Part shown: piece after piece, positions 1 through 7,350 of the stretch
Numbering within the stretch: the stretch's first letter is position 1
Layout of the letters: every line of letters begins with the position of its first letter
Virus record (IMG/VR): IMGVR_UViG_3300033149_001257
Location: 1-64,000 of that record
Source: a virus
DNA: 64,000 bases
Strand: one strand, 5' to 3'
Made by a program: the position numbers and the translations under genes
The notes under the pieces: generated by a model
The model's input: the letters and a program-made list of their open reading frames with translations, nothing else
Told to the model about the DNA's origin: nothing
Database searches by the model: none

Positions 1-78
1 CAATTTAAAAAACTGGATAATGGAGGGATATATAATCCTATAATCATATTAAAAACAGAGGGCGGGAATACCTTTAAT

Positions 79-339
79 ATGGATATATCATGGAGTGAAC
101 TAAAAGCAATAAAAGAGTTATTGACTGGTAAATTTGACTTGTGGGATCAACCGAACAAAAACAAGGATGTTGATTATAATGAACTTGCTACATCATGGAT
201 AAACGGGAATATATCAGTAGTCAAGGAACAGGTAAGAGATGTCAAGGCATTTCATGGAGTATTAAAAGCACTTGAAACCATGAATAATCCATATAATAGT
301 ATAGAATCATTCAGGCGGTTATGCGGTGAATTGGAATAA
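79..339 (+). CDS. hypothetical phage protein
   Basis: 86-aa ORF in the co-oriented early arm. Confidence 0.65.
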   Translation: MDISWSELKAIKELLTGKFDLWDQPNKNKDVDYNELATSWINGNISVVKEQVRDVKAFHGVLKALETMNNPYNSIESFRRLCGELE

Positions 340-372
340 AAGAAGTGAAATCTATTCAAGGAGGTATTAAAA

Positions 373-705
373 ATGACTTACACAAAAAAAGAACGGGAAC
401 GGTATAATATACATAGGGATAGAATATGCGAGGAGTTGGGAATAGATAAAAATTGTTATAATTGGTTAAGGCGGGCAGGGCTTGAACTGGGAATAATTGA
501 TACTCACTACTGTAATGGTGAAATATACAATTCTGAAAATGAATATTATGCAGCTGTTCAGGATGTATATAATAAATTACTAAAAAAATTAAAGGGTTCT
601 GGATTGTTTTATTATCATCAATCAGATCCACGGGGGGCGGCTATATACATAGATAAACATCCAATAAAAGACAGTGACTATACATCATCCTACTGTATAT
701 ATTAA
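373..705 (+). CDS. hypothetical phage protein
   Basis: 110-aa ORF with AAGGAGG RBS. Confidence 0.75.
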   Translation: MTYTKKERERYNIHRDRICEELGIDKNCYNWLRRAGLELGIIDTHYCNGEIYNSENEYYAAVQDVYNKLLKKLKGSGLFYYHQSDPRGAAIYIDKHPIKDSDYTSSYCIY

Positions 706-710
706 TCCCT

Positions 711-748
711 TTATTGACTGCCTATACGTCATTATAGGCAGTTGATAA
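711..748 (+). other. intergenic 16-bp RNA hairpin (possible processing site or terminator)
   Basis: TTATTGACTGCCTATA-cgtcat-TATAGGCAGTTGATAA, with two G-U pairs on the + strand. Confidence 0.55.
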
Positions 749-818
749 GTGGGTTCAATCTTTTATTTAAGGCAGTGTTTAAGGGTACACAAAAACCAAA
801 GGACTGGAGGGTTCTGAA

Positions 819-1004
819 ATGAAAACTAAAAAGCAAGCGAAAATTGACAGGGATTACAGAATTAAGGAACTTGAAAAATTAAGGATGGACAGTTTTAATT
901 CTATATCTATTAGAATTTCCACCACCAATAATAGAACTAAGGACTTGACAATTACAAAAGAAGTGTTTGAGGTAATAAAAGCAACACTAAAAACAGTATA
1001 TTAA
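819..1004 (+). CDS. hypothetical protein
   Basis: 61-aa ORF with GGAGG RBS. Confidence 0.65.
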   Translation: MKTKKQAKIDRDYRIKELEKLRMDSFNSISIRISTTNNRTKDLTITKEVFEVIKATLKTVY

Positions 1005-1304
1005 ATATGGCGGGTTGTTTAATGTTGACACTGGAAACATTATAGAATGTTAGTAATTGTTGATTGAGGGCATTATTTGAGGGTTGGAGGGTATAAGAGG
1101 TCAATAAGTACAATATAATCAAATACAGGGCTTACTGGGCTTGAAAAACGGGTATATGTAGGAGGTGATAAAACCAAAAATTGAATATTGAAGGCGGGGA
1201 TTATGGGCTTGGCACAAAAAATGCTATAATTCAGAAAAATCCTGGGAATTAAAGTGGTACGGGGTAACAGGCAAGGCAAGAAGGGAAAATTAAGGAGGCA
1301 AGAA

Positions 1305-1508
1305 ATGAGTTTAATATATGTAAATGTAAAAACTTACAAAAACGAGAAAGAAAGACTTGCAATTAAAACAAGGTGTGTTGACTGTAAGTTTTTTCCTAAA
1401 AACTGTGGTTATTGGAGTAGAAAATACAGAGAATAAAACAAAGAGGCACACTTTCTAAACAGAAACCATGTTCATAATTGCCAAGACTTTATTAAAAAGG
1501 GGAGGTAG
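1305..1508 (+). pseudogene. small Cys-rich protein interrupted by an in-frame TAA at 1434-1436
   Basis: AAGGAGG RBS; frame continues NKEAHFLNRNHVHNCQDFIKKGR after the stop, completing a CxxC-x5-C...C motif. Confidence 0.5.
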
Positions 1509-1513
1509 GGAAA

Positions 1514-1762
1514 ATGAAAGATAAAACAATAACAGGGAATATGTTTGTAAGAAAAGTTGGTGAACACACTATGTTAATGGCAATCATAAAATCAGATACA
1601 ATACCGAACATTAAAAATGAATCTATGCAGACAATAATTGGTCAAGAGTTGCCCGGGGGAGTTATTAGATTACAGACGACAGGAGAACAAAGAGATATAA
1701 GTAAGGAAGTTGAGGGTAATTCTCCTAATGGTATATTTCAAATGCCAATATGGAGAACTTGA
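1514..1762 (+). CDS. hypothetical protein
   Basis: 82-aa ORF with GGAGG RBS. Confidence 0.7.
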   Translation: MKDKTITGNMFVRKVGEHTMLMAIIKSDTIPNIKNESMQTIIGQELPGGVIRLQTTGEQRDISKEVEGNSPNGIFQMPIWRT

Positions 1763-1778
1763 AAAGAAGGGAATAAAA

Positions 1779-1979
1779 ATGAGTAAATATTACATAAGAA
1801 ATAAAAAAGTCAAGTTTATCACAAGCAAGATGACAGGGGAACTCATTCCGTCAAATGAAGTGGCAAGACTGTTTATGCAATTAAATAAAAGACCTTTCCT
1901 TGTACCAAAAGACATTACAATTATGTCAAGACTGGGGTTCAAAGTTTATCTAAAAGATGATAAAGCAAAGGGGGAGTAA
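1779..1979 (+). CDS. hypothetical protein
   Basis: Likely start at MSKYY within the track ORF 1710..1979. Confidence 0.6.
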   Translation: MSKYYIRNKKVKFITSKMTGELIPSNEVARLFMQLNKRPFLVPKDITIMSRLGFKVYLKDDKAKGE

Positions 1980-2043
1980 TGAAAAAAAAGACCTTACTGG
2001 AACAGTGGCGGGAGTTGTTTAACAGGATAAAGAGGGAGGAGAA

Positions 2044-2277
2044 ATGAAAAACGCATTGATTGATTGTAGATTTCAAAATGTTAAGTTTTGCGGTGAGAAC
2101 GGGAACGAGTTAAGTATTACCGAAAGGAGTGATAGTAAGGGCGGGGGGTTGGGGGCGGTTATTTTTGAAAGCGATACAAAAAGCGGACTGGTTGCGGAGT
2201 ACGGGGAACATATACCCGAAAGTGTAATATTTGATATACTTAAAAAGGGGTTAGATGAATATGCTAAAAAACAATAA
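2044..2277 (+). CDS. hypothetical protein
   Basis: 77-aa ORF with GGAGG RBS. Confidence 0.7.
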   Translation: MKNALIDCRFQNVKFCGENGNELSITERSDSKGGGLGAVIFESDTKSGLVAEYGEHIPESVIFDILKKGLDEYAKKQ

Positions 2278-2347
2278 CAGGGGTGATGGAAAGGGAAAGT
2301 TTGATAAATAGGGATTTGTGAATTAAAAAAAAGAGGAGGGCGGAGAA

Positions 2348-2800
2348 ATGAAAACTTTAGCGGATTTAAAAAGGTTCTTGGTTATGGGTAGTAAGGTGAA
2401 ACTGGTTAGCCGGAATGGTGAAGCACTGGATGAGATTAAGGAGGTTGTGAAGGTTCAGGGGAACGGGATATACTTTAAAAAGGATGGTTCTCCATCCGGT
2501 AAAAGTTGGCTTGATTTTCCAAAGTCGTCCTTACTGGAAATAACAGAAAAAGGATTTACTATTTATGGGGTAGGCAAAAGGAAGTTGACGGAAAAGGAAA
2601 GGGAAATAATATCTAATGAGCCGGTGGACAAAAAGCAGGATGAGATTGATATGCTTACAGACGGATCTATGATGTTTCGCAGGAGGAAAGCATATTATAA
2701 AGAAAAGAATGCGGATTATTTATTCGGGTTCTTTAAGGATAATATGATAAGGGACAATAAGGTTCGGGGTGATAAGGTACTGGAATATATATTTATTTAA
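2348..2800 (+). CDS. hypothetical phage protein
   Basis: 150-aa ORF with AGGAGG RBS. Confidence 0.8.
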   Translation: MKTLADLKRFLVMGSKVKLVSRNGEALDEIKEVVKVQGNGIYFKKDGSPSGKSWLDFPKSSLLEITEKGFTIYGVGKRKLTEKEREIISNEPVDKKQDEIDMLTDGSMMFRRRKAYYKEKNADYLFGFFKDNMIRDNKVRGDKVLEYIFI

Positions 2801-2837
2801 GGATATAAAAACAATAACAGGGAAGGGGTAAAGGGAA

Positions 2838-3179
2838 ATGAATAAAACATTTTATATTCCACAGGTAACGGAAAGCAGAATGGGGTACGAACACGTTGAA
2901 ATACAGGGAACTCCAATTGTTATACTTGGGTTTGAGGAGTATTCATTCTTCATAACAAAAGAACGTAACGAGTGGATGATAAGAGAGGCAAGGACAGGCG
3001 AGAAATTGATAGGGGCGTTTTCAGATACTCCAACAAGAAAACAAGCTATATTAAAAGCAACGGAAAACCTTAATAAGTATGGTAAGGTTGAGTTTGAAAG
3101 ATGTGTTAAATGTAGTATTGAAAAAAAGGGAATATCCCCGCTTTATAAAAAGGAGGCATGGGATGGTAAACGTGATTAA
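2838..3179 (+). CDS. hypothetical protein
   Basis: 113-aa ORF. Confidence 0.7.
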   Translation: MNKTFYIPQVTESRMGYEHVEIQGTPIVILGFEEYSFFITKERNEWMIREARTGEKLIGAFSDTPTRKQAILKATENLNKYGKVEFERCVKCSIEKKGISPLYKKEAWDGKRD

Positions 3180-3498
3180 TGTTTTATGTTTTGCGGTATT
3201 GTGGGTTGTTGCGGTTGTTTTACTGGTTATGATTTTGGATTGTATGGAAACGTGGTTAAGGAAACGGAAACTCCAAAAACATAATCTCCGGCAGTATTAC
3301 CTTAACAGGACTGAACAGAATTTTAGAATTCTCACAGAAAAGCAACGGGATAAAATCCAGGGTGAAATTGTTGATAATATGTTAAAGGAAATGGACAGGA
3401 GAGATTATTATACCTTGAATGGTAAAAAACAGCTTTCCGTCAAGGGATATTTTAAGTTGAGGAATAAAACATTTAATAAAGGAGGTGATAACGTATAA
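3163..3498 (+). CDS. membrane-anchored hypothetical protein
   Basis: AGGAGG RBS at 3151; N-terminal hydrophobic helix VLCFAVLWVVAVVLLVMIL. Confidence 0.7.
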   Translation: MVNVINVLCFAVLWVVAVVLLVMILDCMETWLRKRKLQKHNLRQYYLNRTEQNFRILTEKQRDKIQGEIVDNMLKEMDRRDYYTLNGKKQLSVKGYFKLRNKTFNKGGDNV

Positions 3499-3539
3499 CA
3501 GGGGTGTCGTTGAGGGAAAAATCTAAAGGAGGTAATAAA

Positions 3540-3779
3540 ATGACAAAAGTAACCATAGGAACGGAAGATAAAAAGGTATTGGAAGTTGTATCGCAAAAAT
3601 CAATCAGAACTCAATCGGCAAGTATGAAAAGCAAAAACTTTAATATTCTTGTTGAATTGGGGAACGGAGATATGTTAGAAATTATCTCAAGAGAAAATGA
3701 AACAATGGCGGGTTATTCTGTTAAGTTTACTGGAACGAGGGGTGAATTAGCAAAAACCATACTAAATACTAACTTTTAA
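3540..3779 (+). CDS. hypothetical protein
   Basis: AAGGAGG RBS before MTKVT. Confidence 0.7.
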   Translation: MTKVTIGTEDKKVLEVVSQKSIRTQSASMKSKNFNILVELGNGDMLEIISRENETMAGYSVKFTGTRGELAKTILNTNF

Positions 3780-3829
3780 TAATCAGTAACAGGGTTCGGG
3801 GTGGGGGAAATTAAACAAGGAGGCAAGTA

Positions 3830-4255
3830 ATGGGAAAGTTATTTGAGGTTGAAGTTTTTTGGGAAAACAGGCAGACGGTAAAAGTGAAAGCTGAAAGCAA
3901 AGAAAAGGCAACGGAAAAAGCAAGATATGATTGGACTGATTCCGTAAATAACGGGAGTATAATTGTTGACAATGCGGGCGAGTATGAAATTGTTGATGTT
4001 TCAGTGGGGGGAGAAATAGAAGAAGTTAAAGAAGAAAAAAAGGAGGAGGTCAAAAAAGAAAAACCAAAAACAAAACTTTTGATATGTCCGAACTGTGGAG
4101 GTCAAGAGTTTAAAAGAACAGACGGTGACGTTGTTACCGTTTATGAGGATAAGGATGGAATGAAAACAGACGATTTAGTAGTCAGGGGTGGGGATTGTTA
4201 CGAGTATTATTGTGTTAATTGTGATAGGAACGTAACGAAAGAACTGGAACTATAA
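3830..4255 (+). CDS. DpnD/PcfM-like domain fused to a C-terminal zinc ribbon
   Basis: VKVKAESKEKATEKA motif; CPNC...CVNC. Confidence 0.6.
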   Translation: MGKLFEVEVFWENRQTVKVKAESKEKATEKARYDWTDSVNNGSIIVDNAGEYEIVDVSVGGEIEEVKEEKKEEVKKEKPKTKLLICPNCGGQEFKRTDGDVVTVYEDKDGMKTDDLVVRGGDCYEYYCVNCDRNVTKELEL

Positions 4256-4267
4256 AGGAGGCATAAC

Positions 4268-4444
4268 GTGGCAAAAATAAACGTAACTATTTCAGATGTT
4301 GATGAACTTACCAACGTAACAATGGATGTGGTCAGGAAAAAGTTTAATATAAATTCCGATAGTAATGAAGATGATAAACTCTATACAGGCATACATAACG
4401 CTATAAAAGATTACATTAACTATGAAAAGAAAGGAAAAGTATAA
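4268..4444 (+). CDS. hypothetical protein (58 aa, not in track)
   Basis: GTG start with AAGGAGG RBS; MAKINVTISDVDEL... Confidence 0.6.
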   Translation: MAKINVTISDVDELTNVTMDVVRKKFNINSDSNEDDKLYTGIHNAIKDYINYEKKGKV

Positions 4445-4504
4445 CAGGATGTGCGGTAAAGGGATGTGGGGTAGTAAAAATCAGACAGAAAAAGGAGGCA
4501 CGAA

Positions 4505-4810
4505 ATGACAAGAACGCATGAGATTTACTTTTCAGATTTAAACGAGCAGGCAAAAAAGGAGTACCTGGAATTCCACGGGGTAAAAAGTGCGGAAGAACTA
4601 AATGAGGGTATTTCACCTATTGCGACAATAGAACTGGAAGAAGAAGAAAAAACATTTTCGGTTACTGTATCAAGGGTTATCAGTATCAATGTTCAGGCGG
4701 TGAATGAGGATCAGGCGATTGAAAAGGTCAAGGGAACTCCATACGAGAAGTATACTCAATGGCTTGAGGCAGAAGATGGGTTTGAAATTGATGAAATGCT
4801 TTCAAAGTAG
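4505..4810 (+). CDS. DpnD/PcfM-like domain protein
   Basis: FSVTVSRVISINVQAVNEDQAIEKV motif; AAGGAGG RBS. Confidence 0.6.
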   Translation: MTRTHEIYFSDLNEQAKKEYLEFHGVKSAEELNEGISPIATIELEEEEKTFSVTVSRVISINVQAVNEDQAIEKVKGTPYEKYTQWLEAEDGFEIDEMLSK

Positions 4811-4866
4811 GTGGTATGAGGTAATGGGGATTCAGGGCAAGGAAAATAAATCAAAGGAGGCACGTT

Positions 4867-5040
4867 ATGTCAGAATGGAGAATGGGGTTCACAAAAACGG
4901 TTCATGGGTATTATGAGGTTGAGGCGGGGAGTTTAAAAGAGGCAAAAAAGAAGTTTGAAAACGGGGATTATGACCAGTTTGACAACAAAGAAGATAGTGA
5001 AGATAGTGATAAGTGGGAAGAACAGGAAGGGGGTAACTAA
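4867..5040 (+). CDS. DpnD/PcfM-like small protein (57 aa, not in track)
   Basis: AAGGAGG RBS; YEVEAGSLKEAKKKF motif. Confidence 0.55.
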   Translation: MSEWRMGFTKTVHGYYEVEAGSLKEAKKKFENGDYDQFDNKEDSEDSDKWEEQEGGN

Positions 5041-5041
5041 T

Positions 5042-5317
5042 ATGTTATGTGTATGTTGCGGTATGCAAGAAGCATTTACAGGAGATTATCGGGAACGTTA
5101 CGGAACGTTAAGTAAATATCCAGTATGTAAGGAATGCTTTAATTTAAGCAATGGGGCGTTCTTTATGAAAATGGGAAGGACGGAAAAAAGAATGTTGAAC
5201 AGGGGTAAAAATGGGTATTGTGAATTTTGCGGCAGGAAACTTCGTTACAATAAGAACGGCGAAGTAATAAACAATACTCCATGTATACCCGAAAAATTAA
5301 AGGAGGTGTCGGTATGA
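5042..5317 (+). CDS. zinc-finger hypothetical protein
   Basis: CVCC...CKEC and CEFC motifs; start MLCVCC. Confidence 0.6.
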   Translation: MLCVCCGMQEAFTGDYRERYGTLSKYPVCKECFNLSNGAFFMKMGRTEKRMLNRGKNGYCEFCGRKLRYNKNGEVINNTPCIPEKLKEVSV

Positions 5318-5718
5318 AATATGAAATTGAACAAAGGGTTACGATTGTCAATGGAGATTATGCGGGGGTTAATGGTAAAATTGAGAATATTTCTAAAGAC
5401 GGAAATGTTTTTACAATAGAACTTGATATTCCAGGATTGCCAGAATTCCCTTTTCGTGAGGGTGATATTAAGGAATATAGTATTATGCAAGACGTGAGGG
5501 AGGATTATAAGATAACAGAAGAACTGAAAATCAAAATGCAGGCGGTTGTTGAACAGTTTGAAAAAGATAATGATTTTGAGAGGGGAGAACTTGACGGTGA
5601 TGGAACGGAGGATTTGGGATCGTGGATGAAACACTATGCTAACTACCTATGCGGTAACTATGATGATGCGGAGATAGAAGAAATGGAAGAAAAAATGGAG
5701 GCATATAATGGAAAATAA
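5314..5718 (+). CDS. KOW (NusG-CTD-like) domain protein
   Basis: RVTIVNGDYAGVNGKIENI matches the KOW pattern; AAGGAGG RBS. Confidence 0.55.
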   Translation: MKYEIEQRVTIVNGDYAGVNGKIENISKDGNVFTIELDIPGLPEFPFREGDIKEYSIMQDVREDYKITEELKIKMQAVVEQFEKDNDFERGELDGDGTEDLGSWMKHYANYLCGNYDDAEIEEMEEKMEAYNGK

Positions 5719-5884
5719 GGAACTGGTTGATAATTTTACGAATGAGTTTGATTGTATCATTGCTGAACTATACAAGGGAGGATTTGAGGGAGAAATAGAA
5801 ACAACTGAGGTTGACCGAAAAGGAGAAGAATGTCCCATAAAATTAACATGGGAGTTGAAAATAAAAAAGGAGAGAATGAGATAA
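5708..5884 (+). CDS. hypothetical protein (58 aa, not in track)
   Basis: GGAGG RBS; MENKELVDNF... Confidence 0.55.
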   Translation: MENKELVDNFTNEFDCIIAELYKGGFEGEIETTEVDRKGEECPIKLTWELKIKKERMR

Positions 5885-5897
5885 GGAATCGCCTCCA

Positions 5898-5975
5898 ACT
5901 GCCTGGGCTGTTACCCCGCAGTGCCAGGCAGTCAGAACTTTTACTTTAGTGAGGTGTTTTACCAAAGAGTAAAAG
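5898..5975 (+). ncRNA. intergenic double hairpin
   Basis: ACTGCCTGG/CCAGGCAGT stem (5898-5932), then CTTTTACT/AGTAAAAG stem (5938-5975). Confidence 0.4.
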
Positions 5976-6054
5976 CATTAACAGGAATGGGCGAAAGGGG
6001 AAACTTTAAAAGCGGGGCAGTTGTTTATGGGAAAAATTAAAAAAGGAGGGAAAC

Positions 6055-6195
6055 GTGGGAGTATTTTATCCGCAGGATGATAAAGGCGAAGTGTTTAAGC
6101 AAAAGATAAAATTATTTATCTTGGAAATGGTAATCGGAACAATATTGGTCATGGTATTTTTGAGAGTAATACTTCCAATAATAGTGAATCTTTAA
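6055..6195 (+). CDS. small membrane protein (46 aa, not in track)
   Basis: AAGGAGG RBS, GTG start, hydrophobic C-terminal half. Confidence 0.55.
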   Translation: MGVFYPQDDKGEVFKQKIKLFILEMVIGTILVMVFLRVILPIIVNL

Positions 6196-6248
6196 AAACC
6201 AATAACGGGAAGTGTGTGTGAGGAAAAAAAGGAAAGGAGGGAATTAAA

Positions 6249-6641
6249 ATGGAAAAGTTGAGAGAGGGTTCGGTTGCAAGGCACGTCGTTCTGTATGCAA
6301 AAAATCACTATGCAGAAACGGAGGTTATCGCAGATTTGAGAACAATAATCTCAATGGTGTGTGGGTTGACATTGGAACAAATATCTATTGATGTGGTTTA
6401 TGAATTGGTATGCAAAACATTCAATCAGGTGGTTGAGGGTATCTATAAGGATAATTTTATCCTTAAACTATTTGACTGGGAAACTAATGGGGAGATAACG
6501 AGGTTGAAAATGATAAGCGAAATGCTTGGGTATATATCGGCAGTTGTCTGTATGGATAGGGATGGTAATGATATTCTGGGGATGGGCGAGCCGGATGTTA
6601 ATGTACTACCCTTAAAAACCAATAACTGGGAGGTGGGATAA
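6249..6641 (+). CDS. hypothetical protein
   Basis: 130-aa ORF with AAGGAGG RBS. Confidence 0.75.
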   Translation: MEKLREGSVARHVVLYAKNHYAETEVIADLRTIISMVCGLTLEQISIDVVYELVCKTFNQVVEGIYKDNFILKLFDWETNGEITRLKMISEMLGYISAVVCMDRDGNDILGMGEPDVNVLPLKTNNWEVG

Positions 6642-6644
6642 GGC

Positions 6645-6899
6645 ATGAAAAAGAAATTGAGAATTAAGAGAGATAAGGGAAACCTTAAAATCAAAAAGGC
6701 AGTGTATTTAAAAATGGATGACGTATATACCATTAAGGGTAATCTCAGGTTAGGGAAGATAATATTTTCTTTATCAAGTGGGGGTAAGATGAAAATTCTA
6801 AAGGAAACAATGGCTTTATATGGCGATGGAGAGATTCGGGTAGACCAAGCCATTAAGTTAATGGGGGAAGTTATTGATTTAAAAAGAAAGGAGAAGTGA
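6645..6899 (+). CDS. basic hypothetical protein
   Basis: 84-aa ORF with GGAGG RBS. Confidence 0.6.
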   Translation: MKKKLRIKRDKGNLKIKKAVYLKMDDVYTIKGNLRLGKIIFSLSSGGKMKILKETMALYGDGEIRVDQAIKLMGEVIDLKRKEK

Positions 6900-6900
6900 G

Positions 6901-7143
6901 GTGGGAAGATATACGTGTTCAAAAATAAAAACAACGCAACCTGGGTTTAAGTGTAGTGTAAATAAAAGAGAGGGGGGTGTTAATTTTCTTATGAAAAGTG
7001 TATGGACTAAATCTAAATTAGACGCAATAGATGACAAGGACTTACTTATCGCAATACTTAACGAAAGGAGGTGCAGATTAGATCCGTTCTCGGTTCTGTC
7101 TATGAGGTTAAAAAAGATTATCCGGGGATTGGATAAACAGTAA
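6901..7143 (+). CDS. hypothetical protein (start may be 6991)
   Basis: ORF in the operon. Confidence 0.5.
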   Translation: MGRYTCSKIKTTQPGFKCSVNKREGGVNFLMKSVWTKSKLDAIDDKDLLIAILNERRCRLDPFSVLSMRLKKIIRGLDKQ

Positions 7144-7162
7144 GAAAGGGGATAGATATATT

Positions 7163-7336
7163 ATGTACATTAACAAGAAAGCGGTTAAGGCAAGGGTTCA
7201 TAGTTTGGGGTTCAGGATTTCGGCAAGTGGGCTATGTGCGTTGAACGAAAAGATAGACACCTGGATTGAGGTTGCAAGTAAGAATGCCGGGGGTAAGAAA
7301 ACAATAATTAGGGAAGATGTAATATTAACAAAATAA
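7163..7336 (+). CDS. histone-fold protein, prokaryotic singlet type (57 aa, not in track)
   Basis: MYINKKAVKARVHSLGFRISASGLCALNEKIDTWIEVASKNAGGKKTIIREDVILTK; L1 RIS and L2 KKTIxxED correspond to the HMf/Bd0055-type RVS and RKTIxxED. Confidence 0.7.
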   Translation: MYINKKAVKARVHSLGFRISASGLCALNEKIDTWIEVASKNAGGKKTIIREDVILTK

Positions 7337-7350
7337 AAAGGAGGCAGGAA

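Noticed and set aside
1265-6226. Integron attC sites (TAAC overlapping stop codons)
   Set aside because: No complementary GTTRRRY box or palindromic attC body follows the TAAC, and the recombinase shows no evident integron-integrase insertion.
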